DNA of 63,831 nt, the filler included, from Octopus bimaculoides (lineage: Eukaryota): the NCBI RefSeq assembly GCF_001194135.2. It is 5 parts of 5 records of this genome, joined end to end, with 100 filler letters (N's around TTAATTAATTAA, not from the genome) between each part and the next. Parts side by side here need not be neighbours in the genome. Positions count along the whole stretch, not along the records: positions 27,796 to 57,464 come from NC_068981.1; 4 more parts are not named here. One strand, given 5' to 3'. The notes under the pieces were generated by a model. That model searched no databases, was not told the origin of the DNA, and was given only the letters and a program-made list of their open reading frames with translations. This document shows, in pieces, positions 28,147 to 41,299 of the stretch. Position 1 is the stretch's first letter, and each line of letters opens with the position of its first letter. The translations under genes and the position numbers were made by a program.

Positions 28147-29329
28147 NNNNNNNNNNNNNNNNNNNNNNNNNNNNNNNNNNNNNNNNNNNNNNNNNNNNNN
28201 NNNNNNNNNNNNNNNNNNNNNNNNNNNNNNNNNNNNNNNNNNNNNNNNNNNNNNNNNNNNNNNNNNNNNNNNNNNNNNNNNNNNNNNNNNNNNNNNNNNN
28301 NNNNNNNNNNNNNNNNNNNNNNNNNNNNNNNNNNNNNNNNNNNNNNNNNNNNNNNNNNNNNNNNNNNNNNNNNNNNNNNNNNNNNNNNNNNNNNNNNNNN
28401 NNNNNNNNNNNNNNNNNNNNNNNNNNNNNNNNNNNNNNNNNNNNNNNNNNNNNNNNNNNNNNNNNNNNNNNNNNNNNNNNNNNNNNNNNNNNNNNNNNNN
28501 NNNNNNNNNNNNNNNNNNNNNNNNNNNNNNNNNNNNNNNNNNNNNNNNNNNNNNNNNNNNNNNNNNNNNNNNNNNNNNNNNNNNNNNNNNNNNNNNNNNN
28601 NNNNNNNNNNNNNNNNNNNNNNNNNNNNNNNNNNNNNNNNNNNNNNNNNNNNNNNNNNNNNNNNNNNNNNNNNNNNNNNNNNNNNNNNNNNNNNNNNNNN
28701 NNNNNNNNNNNNNNNNNNNNNNNNNNNNNNNNNNNNNNNNNNNNNNNNNNNNNNNNNNNNNNNNNNNNNNNNNNNNNNNNNNNNNNNNNNNNNNNNNNNN
28801 NNNNNNNNNNNNNNNNNNNNNNNNNNNNNNNNNNNNNNNNNNNNNNNNNNNNNNNNNNNNNNNNNNNNNNNNNNNNNNNNNNNNNNNNNNNNNNNNNNNN
28901 NNNNNNNNNNNNNNNNNNNNNNNNNNATATATATATAAAGAGAGGCTCGTTTCATATTAGCGGCATACATCCAAAGATAGTGAATAATTATATAAAATTC
29001 TTTGGAAGTAATGTATTAGGGTAAGATAAATGACAAGCACACTGCTTTACAGATGTTTTACTATCAATGGCGAGAATAATTGAAAGTGGACTTATGAAGA
29101 GGGGAATGGGGTATACATCAATGGAAAAGTAATCCAATCCATTAACTAGAATAGTTTTGATGCAAAACAATAGCAGTCGATACAAAATAAGAAAATTAAA
29201 CATCCTAGATTGAACAAAACTGAAAGAATATATGGAAAGGAAGACGTATACCCAAGAAGAGCGCTTTTAGACAGTGTAACTGCTATGTATAGAAAATGCA
29301 TTGCTATCACAATGTATTGTTTGTTTCAG

Positions 29330-29401
29330 GATACACGCGAAAGTTATGAATGGATCCGTGTTCTGAAAAATGAAATAAAAATATTCGAAGTAGCACATTA
29401 A
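29330..29401 (+). CDS. Possible terminal coding exon, DTRESYEWIRVLKNEIKIFEVAH*
   Basis: T-rich acceptor TGTTTGTTTCAG at 29318-29. The peptide resembles the E..WI..L C-terminal helix of PH domains. No partner exons found. Confidence 0.22.
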   Translation, partial: DTRESYEWIRVLKNEIKIFEVAH

Positions 29402-30304
29402 CAGAACCAGCAACATTTATCCACTCATCTGCTAAGTTTCTTTTTCTCTCTGCACATATGTTCATACATACATACATACATACATACAGACGGACAGACA
29501 GACAGACAGACGCACACACACACACGCACCCCGCACCCGCACACCCACATCCACACACCCACGCACACAGCAATCTATGATGGACTAACGGATGCATTTT
29601 GAACTTGTTATTCCGTTTCAGCACCAGATACTAAGAGGAGTAACCGTGAGCTGACCAGAACACTTTGCTTTCTTTATCGCAAATTAATCAATATTTTTGA
29701 TTGACAGCGCACATTGCTGTTATGTCTGAACAAATTTGTGAAAATTTGCACAGAGCAGTCATCAATAGAACACGAACTTAAGACTGGTTCAAATATATTT
29801 AAGAGATATTTGAACTCGTATAAGATTTTCACTGCAGCTTATTATGGCGAGAAATATTCTCTCTAAAGGCAAAAATGTATCAGAATACTGTAGACAACTC
29901 AGAGCTCGTTTGTTGTAAAGATGGCTGCATTTCAAACTCATTTGTTCTCTCAGCGTCAGGCAGTAAGGGATGAAACTCTGAAGTGATTAGAAAGCAAAGC
30001 TTCCTTTCTCGTAAATCAGTATACTTCTTCCCTGATTTGCGTGTCATCTCACCTTTCTGTTCCGGCCCGGCAGCCAGTATGCGCAATTAATAAATTATAT
30101 TTATTGAACTGCAATAAAGTTTGCTTTACTTTCTAGCCAGCCCAAATTTAAATTTCTTGGTATCTGACACTGAAGAGAACAATCCATTTCGAAATGCATC
30201 CATCAGTCCAAAACAAGGGCTCTGCATTGGTTATGATGTTTGAGCACCTTTTTTCTGTTAAGCGAGAAATTTTTCTCTCCATTTTTTTTTACATATACAT
30301 ACAT

Positions 30305-30535
30305 TACATACCTACCTACCTACCTACCTACCTACCTACATACATACATACATACATACATACCTACCTACCTACCTACATACATACCTACATACATACA
30401 TACATACATACCTACCTACCTACCTACCTACCTACCTACCTACCTACCCACCTACCTACATACCTACCTACATACCTACCTACCTACATGATTACATACA
30501 TACATATACACACATACACACACGCACATACACAC
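30305..30535. repeat. (TACC)n/(TACA)n microsatellite
   Basis: Seen directly. Confidence 0.95.
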
Positions 30536-30537
30536 AA

Positions 30538-30985
30538 GTGAGGGTGAGTTGAATATTCATATGCTAATCATAAAGGAGTGATACTTGAACTGGGAAATCC
30601 TGCAAGTATTGATAACAAGGGTTGTTAATAACCGTTGTTATTAATAACTGCATTGTTTCTTTCCAGCCAAACTGGTGCTTCATCGTTCAAAGAACATTTT
30701 AAAAGTAACTAGTAGTGACTTCTCTTGAAACTAGCATCGTGGTGTTATCAAGTACCTGTAGAAAAGGGGTTTAACCCCAAACGGCATTCATTCCGACATA
30801 GTTGCTACATTAAGGGGTGACGTGGCCAGGTCCATTAAGCGGAAAAGGGAGCAGCTGAATTTAGGTGGGGAAGTGAGAGCTTTGAAGGTGACCTAAGATC
30901 TGGACGTCCTGGAACTGTCACCATCGAGGAAAATATTGATCGTGTTCACCACCTAGTATTTGACGACAGGTGACTCTAAATCAAA
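30538..30985 (+). mobile_element. Decayed mariner 5' fragment
   Basis: Frameshifted IKYL*KRG...IHSDIVATL and ESFEGDLRSGRPGTVTIEENIDRVHHLVFDDR. A TIR-like GAGGG start. Cut by a SINE. Confidence 0.75.
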
Positions 30986-30989
30986 TGTG

Positions 30990-31319
30990 TGTTGGCACTC
31001 CGCCGCTTACGATGTCGAGGGTTCCAGTTGATCCGACCAACGGAACAGCCTGCTCGTGAAATACACGTGTAAGTGGCTGAGCACTCCACAGACACGTGTA
31101 CCCTTAACGTAGTTCTCGGGGATATTCAGCGTGACACAGTGTGACAAGGCTGACCCTTTCAATTACAGGCACAACAGAAACAGGAAGTAAGAGTGAGAGA
31201 AAGTTGTGGTGAGAGAGTACAGCAGGGTTCGCCACCACCCCCTGCCGGAGCCTCGTGGAGCTTTAGGTGTTTTCGCTCAATAAACACTCACAAGGCCCGG
31301 TCTATGAATCGAAACCGCG
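30990..31319 (-). mobile_element. SINE family C, 3' body
   Basis: Reverse complement shares CAGCCTTGTCACA, CTCAGCCACTT, CTGTTCCGTTG and GAGTGCCA blocks with 46432-46710. Confidence 0.75.
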
Positions 31320-32227
31320 NNNNNNNNNNNNNNNNNNNNNNNNNNNNNNNNNNNNNNNNNNNNNNNNNNNNNNNNNNNNNNNNNNNNNNNNNNNNNNNNN
31401 NNNNNNNNNNNNNNNNNNNNNNNNNNNNNNNNNNNNNNNNNNNNNNNNNNNNNNNNNNNNNNNNNNNNNNNNNNNNNNNNNNNNNNNNNNNNNNNNNNNN
31501 NNNNNNNNNNNNNNNNNNNNNNNNNNNNNNNNNNNNNNNNNNNNNNNNNNNNNNNNNNNNNNNNNNNNNNNNNNNNNNNNNNNNNNNNNNNNNNNNNNNN
31601 NNNNNNNNNNNNNNNNNNNNNNNNNNNNNNNNNNNNNNNNNNNNNNNNNNNNNNNNNNNNNNNNNNNNNNNNNNNNNNNNNNNNNNNNNNNNNNNNNNNN
31701 NNNNNNNNNNNNNNNNNNNNNNNNNNNNNNNNNNNNNNNNNNNNNNNNNNNNNNNNNNNNNNNNNNNNNNNNNNNNNNNNNNNNNNNNNNNNNNNNNNNN
31801 NNNNNNNNNNNNNNNNNNNNNNNNNNNNNNNNNNNNNNNNNNNNNNNNNNNNNNNNNNNNNNNNNNNNNNNNNNNNNNNNNNNNNNNNNNNNNNNNNNNN
31901 NNNNNNNNNNNNNNNNNNNNNNNNNNNNNNNNNNNNNNNNNNNNNNNNNNNNNNNNNNNNNNNNNNNNNNNNNNNNNNNNNNNNNNNNNNNNNNNNNNNN
32001 NNNNNNNNNNNNNNNNNNNNNNNNNNNNNNNNNNNNNNNNNNNNNNNNNNNNNNNNNNNNNNNNNNNNNNNNNNNNNNNNNNNNNNNNNNNNNNNNNNNN
32101 NNNNNNNNNNNNNNNNNNNNNNNNNNNNNNNNNNNNNNNNNNNNNNNNNNNNNNNNNNNNNNNNNNNNNNNNNNNNNNNNNNNNNNNNNNNNNNNNNNNN
32201 NNNNNNNNNNNNNNNNNNNNNNNNNNN

Positions 32228-32304
<77 letters not shown>

Positions 32305-32769
32305 CAGATACATAGACTGAAAGATATTTTTATCTATACTACCAATTACTCTATGTATAAACCTGTTTGTATGCATGCATTGTTGTTCGTATGCTTACGT
32401 GCAAGTATGAATGTATGTATATAAGTGTGTATTGTATGCGTACATGTATGAATGGATGCATGTCTGTATGTTCTCAGTGACTCTAAGCCTACGACCAATT
32501 CACATTTAGTTTTTGAATGTTTATGTATACGTAGGAGAGCACACACTTTGTACGTATTTTCCCCCTGCGGATAACTTCCTGGATAAGGAAATACAAAGCT
32601 ATTTTTACTTCATTACGGACAACATAATTATCATTGAGATCACTATCGATGCCTACATCATAATCAATAAAATCACTTCTAATGCCGCCACTCCCACAAT
32701 TGGCAATTTATGGATCTCAGTACATTATCACATCAGCGCTGTATCCAAGGACCTAAGTGCACTACCTCC

Positions 32770-32821
32770 TACATCACCACCACTACTATTAACACGACTA
32801 TCATCACCATCATCGTCATCG

Positions 32822-32888
<67 letters not shown>

Positions 32889-33130
32889 CATCCTCATCCT
32901 CATCATCAAGAGCTCAGTTGATCATGTTTGGGAATTCAGCCGGGTCAACTGGAGACGGCTGCTTCTGACAAGGCCCAGTAGAATGCATATTTGAGGACTC
33001 TGCTCCCACAGTCTTCTCAGGAACAAGTAGGCAACGAAGATGATATTGATATCATCACTGTCATTGTCGTCGTCGTCATCATTACCATCATCATAATCAT
33101 CATCATCAAGTTCAACAACGCCATTTGTAT
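32770..33130. repeat. (ATC)n microsatellite with decayed flanks
   Basis: Seen directly. Explains the poly-S/poly-I ORFs. Confidence 0.9.
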
Positions 33131-33344
33131 TATCTCTACCACCTCCTTACAACATCACATAAATTACAGCACCGCTATCGATGTAATAATTCTCATCCAC
33201 GACTTTAAAAAGAGATCATCAGTATCACCGATTACATCATTATTATCACGTCTCTACTTTTTTTTTACAAAACAACACGACTACTACACAACTATAACAA
33301 ACCAGCTGCACCAGCGTCACCCCACATTGTTCTTATCTGTCCTC

Positions 33345-33735
33345 ATCTTTGTGTTATCGCTGGTGTTATGTTCCAAACCGCCGTCCCCCACTCCTCGTGA
33401 TTGGAGAAAATCCGTGAGGTAGAAACAGCACTGTACTGTATATTTAAAAAATTATTTTTATAATTTATGTATATTTATTTTATTATAAATACAAAACACC
33501 TCTTCTAATACGTTTTAAATAATTTGTTATACCGAGCAGTACTGTATTTTTATTTATTAATTTATCAATTTTTAGGCGTGGAAATGCTTATTTTACCACA
33601 GAAATAATTAGAATCTAAAAAAATATATCTATTGGTCGCAGAAACCCGCGATATAAATTTACATATATTAGCCAGAAAAATCCGCGATGCAAGTGTGGGC
33701 GCGATAATTGAACCACGATATTGTGAGTGATTACA
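33345..33735. mobile_element. Probable Tigger/pogo-type MITE remnant
   Basis: AAAATCCGCGAT...GCGCGATA...GAGTGATTAC end motif and GTTCCAAACC...GAAAATCCGTGAGGTAG start motif. Confidence 0.4.
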
Positions 33736-33844
33736 TTTCTAGCGCACTCCAATTCTTTAGTAACTGATCCCAGACATGATTTCGGGTGAAACAAATTTGT
33801 TTTTAATAAAACAACACAGACACACACAGACACAGACACACACA

Positions 33845-33960
<116 letters not shown>

Positions 33961-34490
33961 TATAGAGTGTGACTTATTTCATGTGTACTCGTGTATGTCT
34001 GAGGAGAAACCTGTTAAGGGGAGTCGTATTGTAATCCATATATCATTTGGTTGGAATCTGCATAGTCAAGTCACAGATATTGACGATAATTAAAAGAATT
34101 AATCGTCGAGACATCATGTCGGGCTCTCTGCAACATGATCGCTTTCGATATATATTTACTCTATTCAGAGACACTCTAGCAGCCCTTCAATTCTCCTTCC
34201 TACGATATTTTTGCGAGGCCTCCTGTCACAAACTACCAAATATAGAAAGTAATCTTTTAAAGTAATTTAACACAGTTGTTTCATTGTCATTAATCCAATA
34301 ACATCACAAATGAAGGTTATGTATCTCTGAAGATTTTCCAATTGAATGCGATTACAGAATTGAAATTATATAACTAATAATCATTCTTTTTTAATTAATG
34401 TATCGTAAGAAACCGGTATAATTACATATTTTATAAACAATTTTTCTTGATTCGCTTTCTTTCAAACATTTATACATAAATATAAATATA

Positions 34491-34651
34491 GGCACAGGAG
34501 TGGCTGTATGGTAAGCAGTTTGCTTACCAACCACATGGTTTCGGGTTCAGTCCCACTGCGGGGCACCTTGGGCAAGTGTCTTCTACTATAGCCTCGGGCC
34601 GACCAAAGCCTTGTGAGTAGATTTGGTAGATGGAAACTGAAAGAAGCCCGA
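34491..34651 (+). mobile_element. SINE family B head and CORE-like domain
   Basis: GGCACAGGAGTGGCTGTATGGTAAG A-box, GGTTCAGTCCC B-box, CACCTTGGGCAAGTGTCTTCTACTATAGC CORE-like segment. Confidence 0.88.
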
Positions 34652-35371
34652 CGAAGGGAAATAACCCTGAAATCCGGATCCGTTCGTGCTGCAGATGTTG
34701 GTGAGAGGGATAACTACCCTTGGCAAACAGGACACAGTCGTGTGTCGATAAGCCAGCTGGAGGAGATGTCCTCCTGGGGCTAAAAGCAACAGTAACATCC
34801 ACCCTTAGGGGTCAGCCACACTTAAGNNNNNNNNNNNNNNNNNNNNNNNNNNNNNNNNNNNNNNNNNNNNNNNNNNNNNNNNNNNNNNNNNNNNNNNNNN
34901 NNNNNNNNNNNNNNNNNNNNNNNNNNNNNNNNNNNNNNNNNNNNNNNNNNNNNNNNNNNNNNNNNNNNNNNNNNNNNNNNNNNNNNNNNNNNNNNNNNNN
35001 NNNNNNNNNNNNNNNNNNNNNNNNNNNNNNNNNNNNNNNNNNNNNNNNNNNNNNNNNNNNNNNNNNNNNNNNNNNNNNNNNNNNNNNNNNNNNNNNNNNN
35101 NNNNNNNNNNNNNNNNNNNNNNNNNNNNNNNGTGTGTCTGTGTTGTTTTATTAAAAACAAATTTGTTTCACCCGAAATCATGTCTGAGACCAGTTACTAA
35201 AGATGAGTTCTTGATAATTGGTTATTTTCCCTAAAACTATATATTTATATATACTTTATCTATAAGGCTCAATTCAATATTAATTTTTTATAAATTGATT
35301 TTAATTGAGTTTTTTACCTGTAATTTTGGATTTTGTCCCTAATATTATTATATATATATATATATGTATCT

Positions 35372-35502
35372 GTGTCTCTTCCCTCCACATCGCTTGACAA
35401 CCGATTCTGGTGTGTTTACGTCCCTGTAACCTAGCGATTTGGCAAAAGAGTCCGATAGAATAAGTACTAGGCTTACAAAGAATAAGTCCTGGGGTTGATT
35501 TG
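35372..35502 (+). mobile_element. SINE family B 3' portion
   Basis: CGCTTGACAACCG...GTGTTTACGTCCCTGTAAC...GGCAAAAGAGTCCGATAGAATAAGTAC matches the reverse complement of 13870-13940. Confidence 0.75.
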
Positions 35503-35983
35503 GGTTCTTCACTAATCGAGGAATTAGCACCAACATATCCTTCAGAAAACTATACCACACTGCGTGAGATCAAAATGTATAGTTCTTCTCTATTTTCTAC
35601 TATACTCTGCGAGCTTATACTCAATTTTTCGTTCTATGAACTTATAAGTAGGACAGATAGCGAATTGTAACTTTACGGCCTACGTGGATTAAAAGGACTT
35701 TCACTGGTCAATTTAGTTGACCATATTTGATTCCGAAGGAGTGTTTAAAATGCATTCGCCTAGATTTTTTATCCTTTTTACTTTTGTATACACACACACA
35801 CACACACACACGCATGCGATATGGAACACCAATTTCTCCATGTGAACGGCTTGAACAAGTGCTAAGATATTTTTTAACACGAAACCAATGGTAGCCTTAA
35901 TACACAAATAAAGAATATTTATCAATGCGGTGTAGAGTACTCATTCTCATTGTTCGATGCACACGCACACGCACACACATACG

Positions 35984-36015
<32 letters not shown>

Positions 36016-36019
36016 AATA

Positions 36020-36062
<43 letters not shown>

Positions 36063-36765
36063 NNNNNNNNNNNNNNNNNNNNNNNNNNNNNNNNNNNNNN
36101 NNNNNNNNNNNNNNNNNNNNNNNNNNNNNNNNNNNNNNNNNNNNNNNNNNNNNNNNNNNNNNNNNNNNNNNNNNNNNNNNNNNNNNNNNNNNNNNNNNNN
36201 NNNNNNNNNNNNNNNNNNNNNNNNNNNNNNNNNNNNNNNNNNNNNNNNNNNNNNNNNNNNNNNNNNNNNNNNNNNNNNNNNNNNNNNNNNNNNNNNNNNN
36301 NNNNNNNNNNNNNNNNNNNNNNNNNNNNNNNNNNNNNNNNNNNNNNNNNNNNNNNNNNNNNNNNNNNNNNNNNNNNNNNNNNNNNNNNNNNNNNNNNNNN
36401 NNNNNNNNNNNNNNNNNNNNNNNNNNNNNNNNNNNNNNNNNNNNNNNNNNNNNNNNNNNNNNNNNNNNNNNNNNNNNNNNNNNNNNNNNNNNNNNNNNNN
36501 NNNNNNNNNNNNNNNNNNNNNNNNNNNNNNNNNNNNNNNNNNNNNNNNNNNNNNNNNNNNNNNNNNNNNNNNNNNNNNNNNNNNNNNNNNNNNNNNNNNN
36601 NNNNNNNNNNNNNNNNNNNNNNNNNNNNNNNNNNNNNNNNNNNNNNNNNNNNNNNNNNNNNNNNNNNNNNNNNNNNNNNNNNNNNNNNNNNNNNNNNNNN
36701 NNNNNNNNNNNNNNNNNNNNNNNNNNNNNNNNNNNNNNNNNNNNNNNNNNNNNNNNNNNNNNNNN

Positions 36766-36822
<57 letters not shown>

Positions 36823-36969
36823 GTATATATATATATATATGTATATATATATAAGTAATTATTTGAACTTCCGTCATACAGTTAGTAGTAGATTAAAGAA
36901 CTTTCGCTGTTCAGGCTACCTAAATATCGTTGTCGTCGTCATCATCATCACCAAAGAGATGAACAGGCA

Positions 36970-38290
36970 AAATCGTTAGTGCGTTGGACAAAATGCTTAG
37001 CCAATGAGTTCAAATTTACCATCCATAATTTTTGATCGATAAAAAATGTAAAAGTTGCGCCTTGGGGTCGATGTAATCTGCCCGCTCCCCATTCCACAAA
37101 ATTTTAGGTGCCAAAATTTGAAACTCTTTATTATTATTTACATAATTATTGTTTTATTGTTTTATTGTTACTGAAAAAAATAGCTTAGATATTTGCGTTG
37201 TTTTCTTCCTGTATTATTTCTACACTTTGATATCGTCGATTATTCCTACTGAATACGTCCTCATTTCCACGTTAATTACTCTTTTTTAGTCAGTTTTTCT
37301 TACATATTAAGTCCCACTATATTTCACTATAATTTATTTCAATTTCCTGGTTGATTTCACCACTTTCCTCAAATATTGCCATATCTCAGTGTTTTCTACA
37401 GCTTAATTTTCTCCAAAATTCCTAATATTTCATATCTTCATTTTCTTTTATCTTGTTTCCCCGTTTACTTCTTTTTCTTTCACCCACACAATTCGCCATT
37501 TATAACAAGTTGCACACATTTTAATTATACATTTGTTTAGTGCCACATAACTTCCAGTCTCCCGTCTGTCCTAAATTTACTGACCATATTCACGTTCTCA
37601 TTTAGCATTTTCACCATTCACTCTTATCCAAATATCCATTTCTTCAATCATAATTTCCATTCAACCTCAACTATTTCTTTCATCACTATTTCCCCTTTCT
37701 CTTTCCTATTTTATATTTAATCTTTTATTATATTTATTTTATTTTTCTAGCAAAATATTTATAGTTTCTTGTAAAGGCCATCACCATCTCCGGTAAAATA
37801 TTGCCACAACTACAGCCTTTTGTTTCCCTTCTTTTTATCTTTATCTCACCAATGTATTCGTTATCAGTATGGCAAAAGCGGTAGTGCCGGACAAAATACG
37901 CCGCAGTAATAGTTACGGTTTTTATGTTCGAGTTCAAATCTCGCCGAGGTCAGCTTCGCATTTCATCTCACCAGTTCGATGAAATTACGTTCTAGACAAT
38001 TATTTTGGTTTGACGGAATCAACTAACTTCCTTCCACAAAATGAGAAAATTGGTGGCTTTGTGTCAAAACCAGAATCTATTATCGCTGTTATTATTATTA
38101 GTTCGGAGAGCTGGCAGAATGGTTAAAGCGTTGGAATAAATATTTTGTCTCTTTTCCGACTGATTACTTCCTGATCTCAAATCCGGCCATGATCAACTTT
38201 ACCTTTTATCCTTTAGGGGTTGATAAAACAATGTAGAATTATTGGGGTGAAATGTTTTTCCACTAATCCCCAGGTCTCGAAATTGTTAAC
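36970..38290 (+). mobile_element. Three degenerate family A SINEs (~36970-37130, 37860-38095, 38105-38290) with intervening AT-rich sequence
   Basis: GAGTTCAAAT B-box, GGGGTCGATG/GGGGTTGATAAA body motifs and ATT-rich tails. Confidence 0.6.
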
Positions 38291-38549
38291 TTTTTGTCTA
38301 ATTTGATACTACTATTTTTTCATTTGTCATATGTTTATTGCGTTCTTTCACTGGACTATCGAGCCGCAACTCTGTGTTCCTTGGGTAGTAGCAGAATTCT
38401 ATTTTTTAAAAAATTTTTATTTTTCATTTTTACTGTATTGAAAGTGTCCTTCCTATACAATATGTGTGCAGAGCCTAGCTGTGTATTTTCCTGTATGCTA
38501 TTTATATTTATGTGTCCTAGGGTTTTCATTATGCACAATGTTTGATCAT

Positions 38550-40159
38550 TCCCAAAGCACCTGATGTTATGTCTGTTTTAATTTTCAGATCCTCTTCCAT
38601 TCCAGAATTTTATAATTAAGTAATTTCTTAATCTGTTTTAGAGATATATTATCACCTGTTGAGATTGATTTGATACTTAGGAAGCATTTCTTGACCTGAT
38701 CGTCCTTGGTAACATTTGGTTGGTTTGCTTTATTCTATCTGTCTGTGTATTGTCACATCTCAGGTTCTCTTTGTTTTGCTACTCTCGAAATATTTTCTGA
38801 CGTATGACTGTACTATTTTTTTCTATTGGCATTTTATAGTGCTTGCATAAACTCTAGAGTATGTGAGTCCCAACTCTATCATGTCTATACATGTATCCTT
38901 TCTTGCTCATGACAGGGTATCCTGAAGAAATTTTGCTGATTGTTTTTCCACCATCCCCGTATATTCTGACTTACTGTATTTTGCTTCGTTATGGCTTAAA
39001 TTTGGTCCTCGTGTAACCTTCAGTCTCTACTTTGAATCCTGCGCTTTCTGCAAGTGTTGGGATTTTTCTTTGCCTGTTTCTGCTCTATTCAACTTTTTTC
39101 CAGTATTGACCCCCACATGGGCTTTCGCGGCATATTTTTGTAATCTTGTTCAAATTTGAGATGTTTCACGATTTCTGGTGTTTTTTCACAATTTTCTTCC
39201 TCGTTATCTGTTATTGCAACTTCTGTTTTGTACTTGTTGTATTCCTCAAAGTTAGAAAATAGTATTCTTTTTGCGTTTCGTAGCTGTTTGTCTTAATTTC
39301 CTATAATTTTGTGCTACATATTTTTGCAATCTTACAGTGGATATTTTGAAATCTTTTTCTGGTTGTATAAGAACCCTACAACTTTGTATTCGTGAAAAAT
39401 GAAGTCTTTCTATCTGCTATCCAACGCATTTTGAGGATTACTCGTTTCATGCATATACATGTATGTCTGTAGATATTTTTAGGGTTACTTGCTGACGATC
39501 TTCTTAAGGAACCGATATCAGAGCACATCCTACGGAATTCCTTCCTTATTTCTCCCGACACTCAGCCATCATATGCACCAGTTATTTCTACAAGCGATAC
39601 ATTTTGAAAAGATTTGTGACTCTTCTTATTGCTTGCGTTACTGTTGCTGGTATTATTTCTAGTGGTAGTAATGGTGCAGGTGCTATTAGAGTTGATGCTA
39701 CTGCTGTTAATATTTTCATCTATTAAAGATATGAAATAATCGTCCCAACTCTTTCGATTGTGGCTGGTACAAGTACTTCTAATAAGGGTAGATGTGGGAT
39801 TGGTATTCAAAACATTGTTGCTGCTGGCATAGCTTCAGAGATAGGAGAGGTCACTTGATAATGTTTTTCCCTTTTAATACGCTTGCTTCTCACTTTCTGT
39901 TCCCGTTTATCAATACAAGTGTTCCTATGTAAAATAGTGACATTTATTTTATTAAAGAGTATTTTTGTACTTGTTGGATTCCTCAAAGATAGAAAATATT
40001 ATTTTATTTTTACGTTTCGTAGCTGTTTGTCTTAATTTTCTATAATTCTGTGCTACATATTTTTGCAATCTTACAGTGGATATTTTAAAATCTTTTTCTG
40101 GTTGTATAAGAACCCACAGCTTTATATTCGTGAAAATTGAAGTCTTTCTATCTGCTATC
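38550..40159 (-). mobile_element. Heavily decayed retroelement, probably Penelope-like, with internal ~195-bp direct repeat
   Basis: A-rich minus strand with stop-broken coding-like sequence (RGPNLSHNEAKY). 39226-39421 is repeated at 39963-40159. Family assignment is tentative. Confidence 0.45.
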
Positions 40160-41299
40160 TAATAGTCTCAGCAACACACGACTGTTTACGTGTAGTATTG
40201 AGAATAAATGTATCAATTCTACGGAGAGATAAAAAATTCGTGAATCCCCCTTCTTCAAATAATGAAAATGATTATAATTAAACTATTATGATAATAATTT
40301 CTTTATTGGTTACAAGTATACATTTATAAGGGGGTGAACACAACACGCAATACAGTATATATATATATATATATATATATCAAAGTAGATAATATGGTAT
40401 ACAAACAATAAACATCTACTTAAAAAAGAGAGCAAAGCCTCTAACAATGTAGGAACAAAGCACCCTATGACTCTAAGCATTTCCATTTCGGGCATTTCAG
40501 ACTGCAATCTGGAACAACTGAATTTTTTTGTCAGCATATCTAATATATGACACACCAATAGCTTTTGATGGACTATTGCCGAAGTTTTCACCTGCAGTTT
40601 ATCATTTTATGCTTCGCTGTATTCAACTCACATCTCAAGTTACCCAATATTTCTCTTATCTATTACAATATTCTTCTTGCCACAAAAACAACTCCTTATG
40701 ACATACTCACAATGCAATACCAAGCAAACTTTCTTAACAGTTCTCGCAAATCAGCCACAAAATCGTTACACAAAGATGGTAAAAATATCAAAATTAAAGA
40801 ATATGCACCGTCTACAGAGACTGCGATTGTCATCGCTTCCTTCTATTATTCATCCAATAGGCAATAAAGAAACCTAAAAACTCAAGGCAAAATTTCAGAC
40901 ATGCACCTTGAGCTTGAAGTGCATTCACCAATACTGTTAAATACTCAGAATCTGGAAGCTGGGCAGATGATAATAATTCTAAATGCTAAAGAAAAAACAC
41001 GGGTAAACTTTCACACAAATGTATCCCCTTTTAATGCACATCCTAAAAAGGCTAATTCTTGAACTCAGTAATCTACGCATCTTACTCTTCAAATCAGCCT
41101 CTTACTCTTCAGTCTCTTACATTCAGCCATCGTAGAAAATGCACAAGAGCTTTAACAACAAAACCTCCCACAAGTACCATTCTATTCACCATCGACATTA
41201 CTGAGACTTTTGTCACTCCTTTTATTCACCCAAACCCAAATCCCCAAAAATGCCTTAAGAAAAAATATACGCTTCTGGCAAGCTAGCTACCTATCAGCC

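Noticed and set aside
29880-30110. Minus-strand ORF KGEMTRKSGKKYTDLRERK, PH-like start, and a nearby AAG|GTGAGA donor
   Set aside because: It is on the opposite strand to the PH-like helix candidate, the similarity is weak and there is no supporting exon chain.
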